Of a DNA stretch of 55,338 nt, positions 38,582 through 49,143 are shown in pieces (the first letter of the stretch is position 1; each line of letters opens with the position of its first letter). The position numbers and the translations under genes are program-made. The DNA is from Bacteroidota bacterium (GTDB lineage: Bacteria > Bacteroidota > Bacteroidia > Chitinophagales > Chitinophagaceae), in NCBI GenBank assembly GCA_005791465.1, contig SXWI01000046.1, positions 1 through 55,338 of the forward strand, given 5' to 3'. The notes beneath the pieces were generated by a model. It had not been told where the DNA came from. It made no database searches and saw nothing but the letters and a program-made list of their open reading frames with translations.

Positions 38582-39118
38582 ATGATTCTCTCTGACACTC
38601 GGATTTTAGAAGAGATTGAAAAAGGCACTATCAAGATTTCTCCCTATACTCGGGAGTGTTTGGGCAGCAACTCTTACGATGTTCACCTAGGAAAAACATT
38701 GGCAACGTACAAAGAGCATCAGATTGATGCCAAGAAACATAACCTCATCGAATATTTTGAAATTCCAGATGATGGTATTGTACTTTATCCGCATATATTT
38801 TATTTAGGCGTAACAGAGGAGTATACTGAAACGCACGCGCATGTTCCTTTTTTAGAAGGAAAATCCTCTACAGGTAGACTGGGGATAGACATTCATGCAA
38901 CCGCAGGAAAAGGAGATGTTGGGTTTTGCGGAAACTGGACATTGGAAATTTCCGTTAAGCAGCCTGTAAAAGTTTATAAAGGCATGCCCATAGGACAATT
39001 GATCTATTTCCCCGTGGAAGGACCGATCGAAGTTGCCTACAATCAGAAGAAAAATTCTAAGTATAGCAACCAGCCCAACAAGCCGGTAGAAAGTATGATG
39101 TGGCGAAACAAATTTTAG
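38582..39118 (+). CDS. dcd: dCTP deaminase
   Basis: MILSD, NSYDVHL, EGKSSTGRLG, GDVGFCGNWTLEI. Confidence 0.92.
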   Translation: MILSDTRILEEIEKGTIKISPYTRECLGSNSYDVHLGKTLATYKEHQIDAKKHNLIEYFEIPDDGIVLYPHIFYLGVTEEYTETHAHVPFLEGKSSTGRLGIDIHATAGKGDVGFCGNWTLEISVKQPVKVYKGMPIGQLIYFPVEGPIEVAYNQKKNSKYSNQPNKPVESMMWRNKF

Positions 39119-39119
39119 T

Positions 39120-40262
39120 TCACAACGCTTCCCACCCTTCTTTTCTTACCCAGGCCATTAACCAACGCAACACCTGACTGTAGCTTTGCTTTCCTTGAGG
39201 CTGTTCATTCGCTTGTAAGAAATAGTCGTACCCCTGCATCACCAACTCTTCCAATGGAGTTTGGTATTGCTGATAAAAGAATTTCAATTCCTGTATATCA
39301 GCCTGAACTTGCTTATTACGTTCCATCCGAATTTGGTTGGCACGTGCGGAGTCTACCTGATATAAAATAGAATGCGCATAGAGATACATATCTAAATAAG
39401 CTGCATACCGGAAAAGGGGCTCTTGTGCATCTTTGCAAACTAAAAAACCTACAAAGTTCGCCTCGCTTTCCTTGGCATAACCAAGCTGGTGGGCTATTTC
39501 ATGTGTAGCAACAAAAGGTCTCAAAAAAACTGGAATAGTAGTGTTGACCTGCCCCTCCCCCGTAAATGGATTATAATACCCTTGAAATCCTAAATAGTTA
39601 CCTAAATAACTATATATCGAAGGTTTAACAGCTCCAAGCTTGGCTTCCAAAAAAGGATAACGCAGTGAAGCCTGCTGCACTTCCGATTCTGCCCTGTTAA
39701 AAAGTTTTTCTTTTTGCTTGAATTGTTGACGCGTTGTGCTACCAACTAAGCCTGAGTATCTATTTGCCTGTGTTAATAGATGAACGGTGAGTGTGTCAAT
39801 TTCAGTTTGACTTACAAGTAATGGCTGAAGCTTCAATTGATATCCAATACCAAGACGGTTATAATTTAAACCCCAGCATAAATTAAAAACAACATAAACA
39901 ACTAGTGCCGCAAAACAAAAATTCCGAAGACCAGCTAACCAATATGCTCGCGTGTGCGACCCGGCAATTACTCGTTTTATCACAGATATTGCCTTGCCAA
40001 TGCCATACAAAGCAACTAGGCCATACAGGAAATCTCCTACACTGAGGGGTAACCAATTTAATGCACTTCTCATGAGGCTGGACATAACTGGATAAATCCC
40101 CTGACTATAAAAGACCTCGACTTGCTTTGCATTCGTGGCGAACAACCGTATTACAAGCACAAAAACAATCAGCACTACCCAGCCCCACCTCTTGCGAAAG
40201 GCTCCGAATAGCCTCAAAAGGGAGGATGATGCAGGATTTGTTTTTATTCCTCTCATAATCAA
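39120..40262 (-). CDS. DUF3810 membrane protein (HExxH)
   Basis: WGLNYNR, GYYNPFTGEGQVN, HEIAHQLGYAKESEANF. Confidence 0.85.
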   Translation of the reverse strand: MIMRGIKTNPASSSLLRLFGAFRKRWGWVVLIVFVLVIRLFATNAKQVEVFYSQGIYPVMSSLMRSALNWLPLSVGDFLYGLVALYGIGKAISVIKRVIAGSHTRAYWLAGLRNFCFAALVVYVVFNLCWGLNYNRLGIGYQLKLQPLLVSQTEIDTLTVHLLTQANRYSGLVGSTTRQQFKQKEKLFNRAESEVQQASLRYPFLEAKLGAVKPSIYSYLGNYLGFQGYYNPFTGEGQVNTTIPVFLRPFVATHEIAHQLGYAKESEANFVGFLVCKDAQEPLFRYAAYLDMYLYAHSILYQVDSARANQIRMERNKQVQADIQELKFFYQQYQTPLEELVMQGYDYFLQANEQPQGKQSYSQVLRWLMAWVRKEGWEAL

Positions 40263-40308
40263 ATGATTATAAAATATTTCTTTGCCTAAAAGTATGAAAA
40301 GTTTATCT

Positions 40309-40316
40309 TAACTTTG
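40309..40316 (+). promoter_or_regulatory. -7 promoter box of yceD-rpmF-plsX
   Basis: TAACTTTG. Confidence 0.6.
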
Positions 40317-40337
40317 CGCACGCTGAAAAGGAGTACT

Positions 40338-40886
40338 ATGGGTCGACGCCGGGAGTACGATATTGCCTTTGTGGGTTTAAAACCTGGGATTCATGAATTC
40401 ACTTACCCGATCAGCGATAAGTTCTTTACAGTATTTCAAGAACAGGACTTCAAAAATTGTAAGGCCAATGTTCGTCTTTTACTCGAAAAGCAGACTGGAT
40501 TTTTCCTACTTACATTCGAGATTGGCGGCACGCTTGAAGTTACCTGTGACCGTTGCAATGGCAATCTGCCTCTTGAACTTTGGGACGAATTTAAGATTAC
40601 CGTCAAGATGGTGGAAGAGCCCGACCTCATGAATGAGCAAGAAGAAGATCCAGATGTTTTCTACATCAGCCATGGCGAAAGTCATCTGAATGTGGAAGAG
40701 TGGATTTACGACTTTATTAATTTAAGTCTACCGATGCAAAAAGCATGTGAGTTCGAAAAAATGGATGGCCCCAATTGCAACAAAGCAGCACTTGAATTAC
40801 TAAAAAAAATGAATCAGGATCCTGAATCAGAAAGTGAAAAAAAATCAATCTGGAAAGGATTAGACCAATTTAAAAATTTATCATAA
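40338..40886 (+). CDS. yceD: DUF177/YceD family protein
   Basis: CDRC, LSLPM, synteny with rpmF; ATG at 40338. Confidence 0.85.
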   Translation: MGRRREYDIAFVGLKPGIHEFTYPISDKFFTVFQEQDFKNCKANVRLLLEKQTGFFLLTFEIGGTLEVTCDRCNGNLPLELWDEFKITVKMVEEPDLMNEQEEDPDVFYISHGESHLNVEEWIYDFINLSLPMQKACEFEKMDGPNCNKAALELLKKMNQDPESESEKKSIWKGLDQFKNLS

Positions 40887-40904
40887 TTCGCAAAATAGGA
40901 ACGT

Positions 40905-41099
40905 ATGCCAAATCCAAAACGAAGACACAGTCAGCAGAGAAGTGCTAAACGCAGAACCCACTATAAAGCATCTGCTGTTACCCTCTCACAAGATGGTACA
41001 ACAGGAGAAACTCATTTGCGTCACCGCGCGCATGTAAGTGAGGGAAAGCTTTACTACAAGGGTAAGTTAGTTGCTGAAAAAGCGCCCCTGAAAGCTTAA
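40905..41099 (+). CDS. rpmF: 50S ribosomal protein L32 (cysteine-free form)
   Basis: MPNPKRRHS..RSAKRRTHYKA..HRAH..LYYKG. Confidence 0.95.
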   Translation: MPNPKRRHSQQRSAKRRTHYKASAVTLSQDGTTGETHLRHRAHVSEGKLYYKGKLVAEKAPLKA

Positions 41100-41118
41100 T
41101 TGCATTTATTTGCTCACC

Positions 41119-41162
41119 AAATTCCAAATACCGGAACCCCGCGGGTGCTGGATTTGGAATTT
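41119..41162. other. Intergenic stem-loop between rpmF and plsX
   Basis: AAATTCCAAAT...ATTTGGAATTT 11-bp inverted repeat with a paired interior. Confidence 0.6.
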
Positions 41163-41177
41163 CGCATTTAAAAAAGC

Positions 41178-42116
41178 ATGAAGATTGGAATTGACATGAT
41201 GGGCGGGGACTTTGCACCGCTGGAAGCCGTAAAAGGTGTTAAATCCTACTTGAATACAGGATCCCCCTCTTCGCTTTGCCTGATAGGTGATCAGCCTATA
41301 CTTGAAAAATTATTGATGGAGCATGGAATTGAGCCCGGTGCTTTTACTATTCAGCATGCCCCTACAGTCATAGGGATGAACGAGCATCCAACTCGAGCCT
41401 TGAAAGAAAAACCTGATTCCTCAATTGCTGTTGGATTTGGTTTATTAGCTGCCAACAAGATTGATGCATTCCTCAGTGCTGGCAATACCGGCGCAATGTT
41501 AGTAGGTACGCACTTCAGCATTAAACCCTTGGAAGGTGTTATTCGCCCAACCATCTCTACCATCATTCCCAAAGCAGACGGCAAAACAGGTATTCTCCTG
41601 GACGTGGGCTTAAATGCAGATTGTAAGCCTGAACAACTGAACCAGTTTGCTACGATGGGCACTATTTATGCGCAACAAATATTGGGAATCGAAGAACCTA
41701 CTACTGGACTAATTAACGTTGGTGAAGAAGAAGGAAAAGGAAATCAACTAGCCCAAGCTACTTACCCTTTGCTGAAAGAAAATCAAACTATTCGTTTCAT
41801 TGGTAATATTGAGGGCAGGGATATCTTAAAGTCTAAAGCGGATGTAATGGTCTGTGATGGGTTTACAGGCAACATCATTCTTAAAATGGCAGAATCCATC
41901 TATGATATTGCCAAGCAACAACAGATTCATAATGCCTATTTTGATCGTTTTAATTTTGAAGATTATGGTGGGACACCTATCCTTGGTGTTGCCAAACCTG
42001 TATTGATCGGACATGGCATCTCCGGTGAAAAAGCATTTCTGAACATGTTACTCCTCGCTGAGAAAATGATCCAGAAAGACGTGATGACTACCCTGCAAAA
42101 AGCATTGCAAGCATAA
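41178..42116 (+). CDS. plsX: Phosphate acyltransferase PlsX
   Basis: IDMMGGDFAP, SAGNTGA, LDVGLNAD, NVGEEEGKGN, GNIEG, CDGFTGN. Confidence 0.95.
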   Translation: MKIGIDMMGGDFAPLEAVKGVKSYLNTGSPSSLCLIGDQPILEKLLMEHGIEPGAFTIQHAPTVIGMNEHPTRALKEKPDSSIAVGFGLLAANKIDAFLSAGNTGAMLVGTHFSIKPLEGVIRPTISTIIPKADGKTGILLDVGLNADCKPEQLNQFATMGTIYAQQILGIEEPTTGLINVGEEEGKGNQLAQATYPLLKENQTIRFIGNIEGRDILKSKADVMVCDGFTGNIILKMAESIYDIAKQQQIHNAYFDRFNFEDYGGTPILGVAKPVLIGHGISGEKAFLNMLLLAEKMIQKDVMTTLQKALQA

Positions 42117-42123
42117 GAAAAAG

Positions 42124-42151
42124 AAAAGGCCGTCTTGAGACGGCCTTTTTT
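42124..42151. terminator. Bidirectional terminator between plsX and tRNA-Lys
   Basis: AAAAGGCCGTCT-tg-AGACGGCCTTTTTT. Confidence 0.85.
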
Positions 42152-42152
42152 G

Positions 42153-42225
42153 TGATCCCGCTGGGACTCGAACCCAGGGCCCCAACATTAAAAGTGTTGT
42201 GCTCTACCAACTGAGCTACGAGATC
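42153..42225 (-). tRNA. tRNA-Lys(TTT)
   Basis: GATCTCG TA GCTCAGTTGGTAGAGC A CAACA CTTTTAA TGTTG...CGGGATC A; -7 box TATTTTTG at 42243-42250. Confidence 0.96.
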
Positions 42226-42333
42226 AACCAATTTTAGGAGTGCAAAAATAAGCCCCTACCCTAATTACACCAAAACTTTTTAGGTCGATTTATCAACTCT
42301 TTTTCTTCAATTTTAAAGTAGGTTTGTAGATAG

Positions 42334-43149
42334 ATGCAATCAATGGATTTTTTCAACGGAAAAGTCGTGGTCGTTACAGGCGGCACAGACGGGATTGGTA
42401 AAGCATTAGTAGAGCAATTACTGAATGCTGGCGCCCGCGTCTCTACCTGTGGCAGGAAACAGGATAAAATCTACCAATTACAAAAGGAATTTTCGAACAG
42501 CTCTCTTCATTGCATGGTAACGGATGTGAGCAGTGAAAATGATTGTCGATTATTTATAGAACGCACATGCTCAGCTTTTGGCGGGATAGACATATTAATC
42601 AACAATGCTGGTATCTCTATGCGAGCGCTGATGAAAGACGCTTCCATTGAAGTAATCCGTAACGTGATGGATATAAATTTCTTTGGCACGGTTTATTGTA
42701 CCCGATTTGCACTTTCATCGATTATTGAACGAAAAGGAACCATTGTTGGCGTTTCCTCCATTGCAGGGTATAGAGGGTTACCAGGACGAAGTGGTTATTC
42801 AGCAAGTAAGTTTGCCTTACAGGGCTGGCTGGAATCTTTGCGTACCGAAATGATGGAAGAAGGTGTCCATGTGATGTGGGTCTGCCCTGGTTTTACTACT
42901 TCCAACATCAGACATGCTGCGTTGAATAAAGACGCAGAAGCTCATGGAGAAACTTCCATGGATGAGGGTAAAATGATGTCTGCAAGCGAATGTGCAAGAC
43001 ATATTCTTGATTCTATTTTCAAAAGAAAAAGAACGCTGGTGCTTACTTTCACCGGTAAAAGAACTGTTTTCTTAAACCGATTCTTTCCTGCGTGGGCAGA
43101 TAAATTAGTACACCGGTTCTTTTTTAAAGATGGTAAACTGATCCAGTAA
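42334..43149 (+). CDS. SDR family oxidoreductase
   Basis: TGGTDGIG, NNAG, YSASK. Confidence 0.92.
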   Translation: MQSMDFFNGKVVVVTGGTDGIGKALVEQLLNAGARVSTCGRKQDKIYQLQKEFSNSSLHCMVTDVSSENDCRLFIERTCSAFGGIDILINNAGISMRALMKDASIEVIRNVMDINFFGTVYCTRFALSSIIERKGTIVGVSSIAGYRGLPGRSGYSASKFALQGWLESLRTEMMEEGVHVMWVCPGFTTSNIRHAALNKDAEAHGETSMDEGKMMSASECARHILDSIFKRKRTLVLTFTGKRTVFLNRFFPAWADKLVHRFFFKDGKLIQ

Positions 43150-43152
43150 ATT

Positions 43153-43962
43153 ATGGCGCTAATCACGCTTACATCCGATATTGGTAGCCCAGACTATTTA
43201 GTTGGAGCCATCAAGGCACAATTACTTCAATTGATTCCGGATGCCCAGCTAATTGATATTTCTCATCATATTCCCCCTTTCAATTACCCACAGGCCTCTT
43301 ATGTCTGCAGAAGTGCCATTCGTCACTTTCCTCCATTTAGCTTTCATCTTATTTTGGTAGACTTATTCGCAATTCCTCCCAAGCAATTACTGCTTGCCTT
43401 TCATCAGGATCACTATTTTCTAACAGCCGATAATGGATTACTGAGTATGATTCTGGAAGGCACCCCAGCAATGGTGATTGGAATTCCCCTTGATGAAACC
43501 ATCAGTAAAACTACACTCCAGTTGACTGAGGTGATGGGAAATGTGGTTAATCGAATCAACAAGGGAGAAGCAATTCAGCGGTTGGGTACTCCCGACATAC
43601 GCTTTCAGGAAAAGAAGCACTTACAGCCCATCATTGAGCAACAATTTATAGAGGGACAGATTATTTTTATTGACAGTTTTGAAAATGTAATTGTCAATAT
43701 CACACGAGAGCAATTCGAAGAGAACAGAAAAGGACGCGGATTTCGTATCATTTTCCGGGGTGACGAAACAATCGACCAGCTGAGCGAAAGCTATGCCGAT
43801 GTTTCAGAAGGGGAAAAACTGGCCCTTTTCAATAGCGCAGGTTATCTGGAAATAGCAATTAATAAAGGGAATGCCGCCGGACTGTTTGGTTTAAAGGGTT
43901 ATTCGGAAAAAAGCCGGCAGGGACAATTAGCCTACCAAACCGTAAGAATCTATTTCCAATAA
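43153..43962 (+). CDS. SAM hydroxide adenosyltransferase / chlorinase-fluorinase (DUF62) family
   Basis: ITLTSDIG..DY, DISH, ADNG, IDSFENV, SYADV, NSAGYLEIAIN. Confidence 0.85.
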   Translation: MALITLTSDIGSPDYLVGAIKAQLLQLIPDAQLIDISHHIPPFNYPQASYVCRSAIRHFPPFSFHLILVDLFAIPPKQLLLAFHQDHYFLTADNGLLSMILEGTPAMVIGIPLDETISKTTLQLTEVMGNVVNRINKGEAIQRLGTPDIRFQEKKHLQPIIEQQFIEGQIIFIDSFENVIVNITREQFEENRKGRGFRIIFRGDETIDQLSESYADVSEGEKLALFNSAGYLEIAINKGNAAGLFGLKGYSEKSRQGQLAYQTVRIYFQ

Positions 43963-44044
43963 TCTTCCTAAATCTTAACAAAAAGGCCCACCCTATTTTG
44001 CCTCGTTAAACCCTATTTTTGTCGGGTCGTTAAAACACGTTTAC

Positions 44045-47000
44045 ATGACATTCAGAAAAGCCAACAATGTGACCGGATGGACGGTCTTCCTCATTGCTCT
44101 TGCCACATATGTGTTAACTCGAGAAGCCCGAGGCAGTTTATGGGATACGGGAGAATTTATCGCAAGTGCAAAAGGACTGCAACTTCCACACCCTCCCGGT
44201 GCACCTCTTTTTGTTTTATTAGGTCGCTTTTTTGTTATCTTATTTGGAGACGGGCCCCTCAGTGCTGCCAGTGCCGTAAACTTTTTAAGTGCACTTGCCA
44301 GTGCTGCTACAATACTTTTCCTTTTCTGGAGTATTACTCATTTTGGAAGAAAGCTCTACAACACACAAGAGGATAAGCTATCCGTAGCTCAGATCAACAT
44401 GATTTTAGGTGCGGGACTGGTTGGGTCATTGGCCTATACTTTTTCTGACTCTTTTTGGTTTAGTGCAGTGGAAGGAGAAGTATATGCGCTCTCCTCTTTT
44501 TTTACAGCATTGGTATTTTGGGCCATGTTGAAATGGGAACAGGCAGACGAAAGAGCAGGGATTAATTCGGTTGACCGTTTGCGTGCTGACCGATGGATAG
44601 TTTTCTTATTTTTTATGATGGGATTATCAATAGGCGTACACCTATTGAACTTGTTGACAATTCCCGCCATTGTTATGATCTATTATTATCGCCGGTACAC
44701 AGTAACCACTAAAGGATCTATTTATGCTTTTCTCATTGGATGTTTAATCACTGGTCTTGTCCAGGTTGGTATCATTCAATATTCGATGAAAGCAGCGGGA
44801 CTGGTAGATATCTTTTTTGTCAACTCACTTGGACTTCCCTTCTTCTATGGATTTGCAATCTATTTTATTGCATTAATTGGGTTAGTGCTAGGAGGTCTAC
44901 TTTTCACAGCTGCAAAGTTTTCTTCTTCCAAATTAATTAGCTGGTTTGTTGCGTTCCTCCTTTTGATGGCACTCCCCTTTGTCTATGTACCTGGAGATGG
45001 GGTAAAATTTATACCCTTACTTCTGCTAATCAGCGTTGCCGTTACTGCAGGATATTTTTTAAAACCATCCTCGCTCCGAATATTGAAACTATCACTTTGG
45101 TGTTATCTATTTATGCTGTTGGGATATTTTATGTATTTCACGGCGCTTATTCGCTCAAATGCTAATCCAGGCATTGACATGAATAATGTAGACAATCCAA
45201 TCAGCTTGGTTTACTACCTGAGCAGAGAACAATACGGAAGCGCCCCCTTGATTTATGGCCCACACTTTGCCGCAGATCCTTCCAAAGATTTGGTGCAAGA
45301 TGAACCCTTTGTAGAAAGCGAAATGAAATATATCAAAGGGAAGGATAGTTATATTCCTATTGGAAGAACACGTGATTATAACTACAACAGTGATGTTAAA
45401 CAACTATTCCCCCGAGTATGGGACTCCAGCGATGACGTATATCATGCTCAGTTCTATTCAGAGTGGCTGGGACTTGGACAAGATCCGCAATCGGGGGCCT
45501 ATGAGGCACCCAGTTACGGAGATAATATCAATTGGTTTTTTAGCTATCAGATGAGTTTGATGTACTGGCGTTATTTCATGTGGAATTTTGCCGGAAAACA
45601 AAATGACATACAAGGACTAGGAAATAAACGGGATGGCAACTGGATCTCGGGTATAACTCCGTTGGATAATGCTAGACTGGGCGATCAGTCAAGATTACCG
45701 CAAAGCATCCAGCAAAATGCGGCTAAAAACCAATTTTACTTTCTCCCCTTTTTACTAGGAATAATTGGCTGTGTGTTTCAATATCTACGAAACAGAAAAG
45801 ACTGGATTGTTAGTTTCCTCCTATTCTTCTTTACCGGGATAGCTGTTGTACTCTACCTGAATCAGCCAGGCAACCAACCTCGTGAACGTGATTATGCGTA
45901 CGTGGGATCCTTTTTTGCATTTGCAATTTGGATAGGTCTAGCTGTAATTGCTTTTGCGATAATGGCACAGGAAAAAATCGAGAAAATGACCAGCCGTGAT
46001 TTTTTAATCTATACTGGATCGCTAGCCTTTTTAGTAACCTTCATGAGTTGCTTTCCTGGAAATGGAGATGGTGCTATGATCAATGCGGTTGCAGCGGGAT
46101 TAATGGGTGTAGGACTGGCCGCTGGACTTCCTCTTCTATTAAAACAATTCAGCAAAGGAAATGGAGGCTCTTCAACGATAGCATGGTTCGCGGTGGTACT
46201 TTGCGCGCTTGTTCCCACATGGATGAGTGTACAAAATTGGGACGACCACGATCGAAGCAATAAAATCACAGCACCTGATATGGCACGTGATTACCTTGAA
46301 AGTTGCGCTCCCAATGCAATTCTGTTTTCATTTGGTGATAATGACACTTATCCGCTTTGGTATGCACAGGAGGTGGAAGGTATACGTACGGATGTTCGCG
46401 TTGTCAATAACAGTTTACTTGGAATTGACTGGTATATTAACCAATTGCGTTACAAAATCAATGAAGCCGACTCCATCGATATGATATGGTCTGCTGATAA
46501 AATTGAAGGCAACAAGCGAAACTATGTTTTATATAATCCGGTAAGCGGGATTGACCAAGAAGCGTTTTACGACTTATATGATCTCATGAAAGATTATGTA
46601 GGTAGCGACGACCCCAGCCGAATGGATAACTCTAGAGGAGAACCGTTAAATATAATCCCGGTCAGTAAAGTAAGCGTGCCAGTAGATCGATCAATCGTAT
46701 TGCAAAATGGAACTGCCCAACCTGGGGATAGTGTGCTGCCTGCATTGGGCTTTGAATTACCAAAACGTGCGTTACTAAAGAATGATCTGATCATCTTAAA
46801 CATTATTGCAGCCAATCAATGGCGCAGACCCATTTATTTCACATCTCCCATGGGTGAATTAGGATTTGGCCCCTACCTACGTAAAGATGGATTGGCTTAT
46901 CGCCTTGTTCCTGTAATGCCACAATTTTCACAGATGAATTGGGTTGCTGATCAATCGATGCGCTCCAATGGCCTCGGGGGTACCACACTGCGTGATAATA

Positions 47001-47497
47001 ACCTAGACGTACTTTATAAAAATCTAATGGAGAAGTACAGATTTGGTGGCGCAGAACGTAAGGACATCTATTTTGATGAGGAAAACCGAAGACATTTGCT
47101 CAACATCAGAACGCTATTTGCAGAAGCTGCAGGTAATCTGGCTGATGCTGGCAAGAAAGAAGAAGCCATAAAAGTGATGAACAAAATTGAGGCATCGATC
47201 ACACAGGAATCACTCCCCTATGCGATGGTAAGTCGCTATAACAGTCACAACCAGTCCTCATTAATTTATTTAGAGGCGGCCTACAAAACAGGCATGAAAG
47301 AGCTAGCTGCAAAGGTCAAGAAGGCAATACTCTCTGATTTGAAACAACAAGAATCCTACTACAACTATATTCAAACTGCAAAGCCAGCTTATTATGGCGG
47401 TTTCGAGAGAACAGAAGCTCCGATCAATGAACGATTATTTTCAGTGATAAAAGATATCGAAACCAAATATGAAGGCGTAGACACAAAGGGAAAATAA
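44045..47497 (+). CDS. DUF2723 (GT-C/TMEM260-like) membrane protein
   Basis: WDTGEF, PHPPG, AVEGEVY, RERDY, GDNDTYPLWY. Confidence 0.88.
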   Translation: MTFRKANNVTGWTVFLIALATYVLTREARGSLWDTGEFIASAKGLQLPHPPGAPLFVLLGRFFVILFGDGPLSAASAVNFLSALASAATILFLFWSITHFGRKLYNTQEDKLSVAQINMILGAGLVGSLAYTFSDSFWFSAVEGEVYALSSFFTALVFWAMLKWEQADERAGINSVDRLRADRWIVFLFFMMGLSIGVHLLNLLTIPAIVMIYYYRRYTVTTKGSIYAFLIGCLITGLVQVGIIQYSMKAAGLVDIFFVNSLGLPFFYGFAIYFIALIGLVLGGLLFTAAKFSSSKLISWFVAFLLLMALPFVYVPGDGVKFIPLLLLISVAVTAGYFLKPSSLRILKLSLWCYLFMLLGYFMYFTALIRSNANPGIDMNNVDNPISLVYYLSREQYGSAPLIYGPHFAADPSKDLVQDEPFVESEMKYIKGKDSYIPIGRTRDYNYNSDVKQLFPRVWDSSDDVYHAQFYSEWLGLGQDPQSGAYEAPSYGDNINWFFSYQMSLMYWRYFMWNFAGKQNDIQGLGNKRDGNWISGITPLDNARLGDQSRLPQSIQQNAAKNQFYFLPFLLGIIGCVFQYLRNRKDWIVSFLLFFFTGIAVVLYLNQPGNQPRERDYAYVGSFFAFAIWIGLAVIAFAIMAQEKIEKMTSRDFLIYTGSLAFLVTFMSCFPGNGDGAMINAVAAGLMGVGLAAGLPLLLKQFSKGNGGSSTIAWFAVVLCALVPTWMSVQNWDDHDRSNKITAPDMARDYLESCAPNAILFSFGDNDTYPLWYAQEVEGIRTDVRVVNNSLLGIDWYINQLRYKINEADSIDMIWSADKIEGNKRNYVLYNPVSGIDQEAFYDLYDLMKDYVGSDDPSRMDNSRGEPLNIIPVSKVSVPVDRSIVLQNGTAQPGDSVLPALGFELPKRALLKNDLIILNIIAANQWRRPIYFTSPMGELGFGPYLRKDGLAYRLVPVMPQFSQMNWVADQSMRSNGLGGTTLRDNNLDVLYKNLMEKYRFGGAERKDIYFDEENRRHLLNIRTLFAEAAGNLADAGKKEEAIKVMNKIEASITQESLPYAMVSRYNSHNQSSLIYLEAAYKTGMKELAAKVKKAILSDLKQQESYYNYIQTAKPAYYGGFERTEAPINERLFSVIKDIETKYEGVDTKGK

Positions 47498-47508
47498 ATT
47501 ATAACCCC

Positions 47509-49134
47509 ATGGATATCGAATTCAATAAAAATGAAGATCACATGCGGGGGCTGCTCAGTCAGCTTCGGCAAATAAGTGAACAGATCCATTGGGGAGGAGG
47601 GAAAAAAGCTGTCGAAAAACAGCATGAGAAAAATAAGAAAACAGCCCGAGAACGCGTAGAGTATTTGCTTGATAAGGATCGTCCATTTATTGAAATCGGT
47701 ACTTACGCAGGATATGGAATGTATGCTGAACATGGTGGCTGCCCTGCCGGAGGAACTGTAGCGGGCATTGGCTATGTTAACGGCAAGCAATGTGTAGTTG
47801 TAGCAAACGACCAGACTGTTAAGGCAGGCGCTTGGTTCCCCATCACCGGGAAGAAAAACCTGCGTATGCAGGAAATAGCGCTAGAGAATCATTTGCCCAT
47901 CATCTATCTAGTAGATAGCGCAGGCGTTTATCTCCCCTTGCAAGACGAGATTTTTCCAGACAAAGAACACTTTGGTAGAATATTCAGAAACAATGCAAAA
48001 CTGAGTGCTGCAGGGATTCCACAGATAGCTGCAGTGATGGGTGCCTGTGTAGCAGGAGGAGCTTATCTCCCGGTGATGAGTGACGAAATGTTGATGGTAG
48101 AGGGAAGCGGATCCGTATTCCTCGCGGGTTCTTATTTAGTAAAAGCTGCCATTGGTGAAGAGATAGATAACGAAAGTCTGGGAGGTGCAAAAATGCACGC
48201 CAATCTAAGCGGTACCGCAGATGCTACTTTTCCAACAGAGGAAGCCTGTCTAGATCATATTAAAAAGTTAATCCAACTGTTAGCTGATCGACCCACGGCA
48301 GGTTTTAATAGAATCATACCCAAGCAACCCGCTACCTCCCCAGAGCAACTTTATGGACTTTTCCCAAAAGATGGCAAGCCTTACGAAATAATGGATTTAA
48401 TTCAATGTTTAGTAGATGCTGATAGCTTTCAACCGTACAAACCTTCCTATGGAAAATCGATCTGTTGTGGCTACGCCCGTATTGAAGGATGGGCCGTTGG
48501 CATTGTAGCAAATCAGCGAAAAATTGTAAAAAGTGGGAAGGGCGAAATGCAAATGGGTGGTGTAATCTATAATGATAGTGCTGATAAAGCGGCCCGGTTT
48601 ATTCTAAACTGCAACCAAAAAAGAATTCCCCTGGTCTTTTTACAAGATGTCACTGGGTTTATGGTGGGTAGCAGGAGTGAACAAGCCGGCATTATTAAAG
48701 ACGGCGCCAAGCTTGTGAATGCAGTCGCAAATTCCATAGTACCAAAATTTACAGTAATTGTTGGAAACTCATTTGGAGCAGGGAATTATGCAATGTGTGG
48801 AAAAGCCTATGACCCACGCTTGATTGTGGCATGGCCCACAGCCAAAATTGCTGTGATGGGGGGTGAGGCTGCTGCTAAAACGCTTCTACAAATTGAAGTT
48901 GCCTCCCAAAAAGCAAAAGGCAAAACAATAGATGCTCAATCGGAGCAGGAGCTCTTAGCCTCGATTACTAAGAAATACCAGGAGCAAATGAATCCATTAT
49001 ATGCTGCAGCTCGACTTTGGGTAGATGAAATTATTGATCCGGCCAATACTCGAACTGTTTTAGCAGAAGGAATCGCTGCCTCGAATCAGGCTCCCCTCCC
49101 AGCCTCCTTACAAAATGGGGTGTTTCAAGTTTAA
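47509..49134 (+). CDS. Acyl-CoA carboxylase beta subunit (methylcrotonyl-CoA carboxylase-like)
   Basis: ANDQTVKAG, LVDSAG, CVAGGAY, QDVTGFMVG, GAGNYAMCG. Confidence 0.9.
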   Translation: MDIEFNKNEDHMRGLLSQLRQISEQIHWGGGKKAVEKQHEKNKKTARERVEYLLDKDRPFIEIGTYAGYGMYAEHGGCPAGGTVAGIGYVNGKQCVVVANDQTVKAGAWFPITGKKNLRMQEIALENHLPIIYLVDSAGVYLPLQDEIFPDKEHFGRIFRNNAKLSAAGIPQIAAVMGACVAGGAYLPVMSDEMLMVEGSGSVFLAGSYLVKAAIGEEIDNESLGGAKMHANLSGTADATFPTEEACLDHIKKLIQLLADRPTAGFNRIIPKQPATSPEQLYGLFPKDGKPYEIMDLIQCLVDADSFQPYKPSYGKSICCGYARIEGWAVGIVANQRKIVKSGKGEMQMGGVIYNDSADKAARFILNCNQKRIPLVFLQDVTGFMVGSRSEQAGIIKDGAKLVNAVANSIVPKFTVIVGNSFGAGNYAMCGKAYDPRLIVAWPTAKIAVMGGEAAAKTLLQIEVASQKAKGKTIDAQSEQELLASITKKYQEQMNPLYAAARLWVDEIIDPANTRTVLAEGIAASNQAPLPASLQNGVFQV

Positions 49135-49143
49135 TTTTTACAG

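Noticed and set aside
40905-41099. Cysteine-free L32 as a zinc-starvation paralogue
   Set aside because: It sits at the canonical yceD-rpmF-plsX locus, so it is the primary copy
43153-43962. Fluorinase/chlorinase biosynthetic cluster
   Set aside because: No biosynthetic context; DUF62 proteins in housekeeping regions are usually SAM hydrolases
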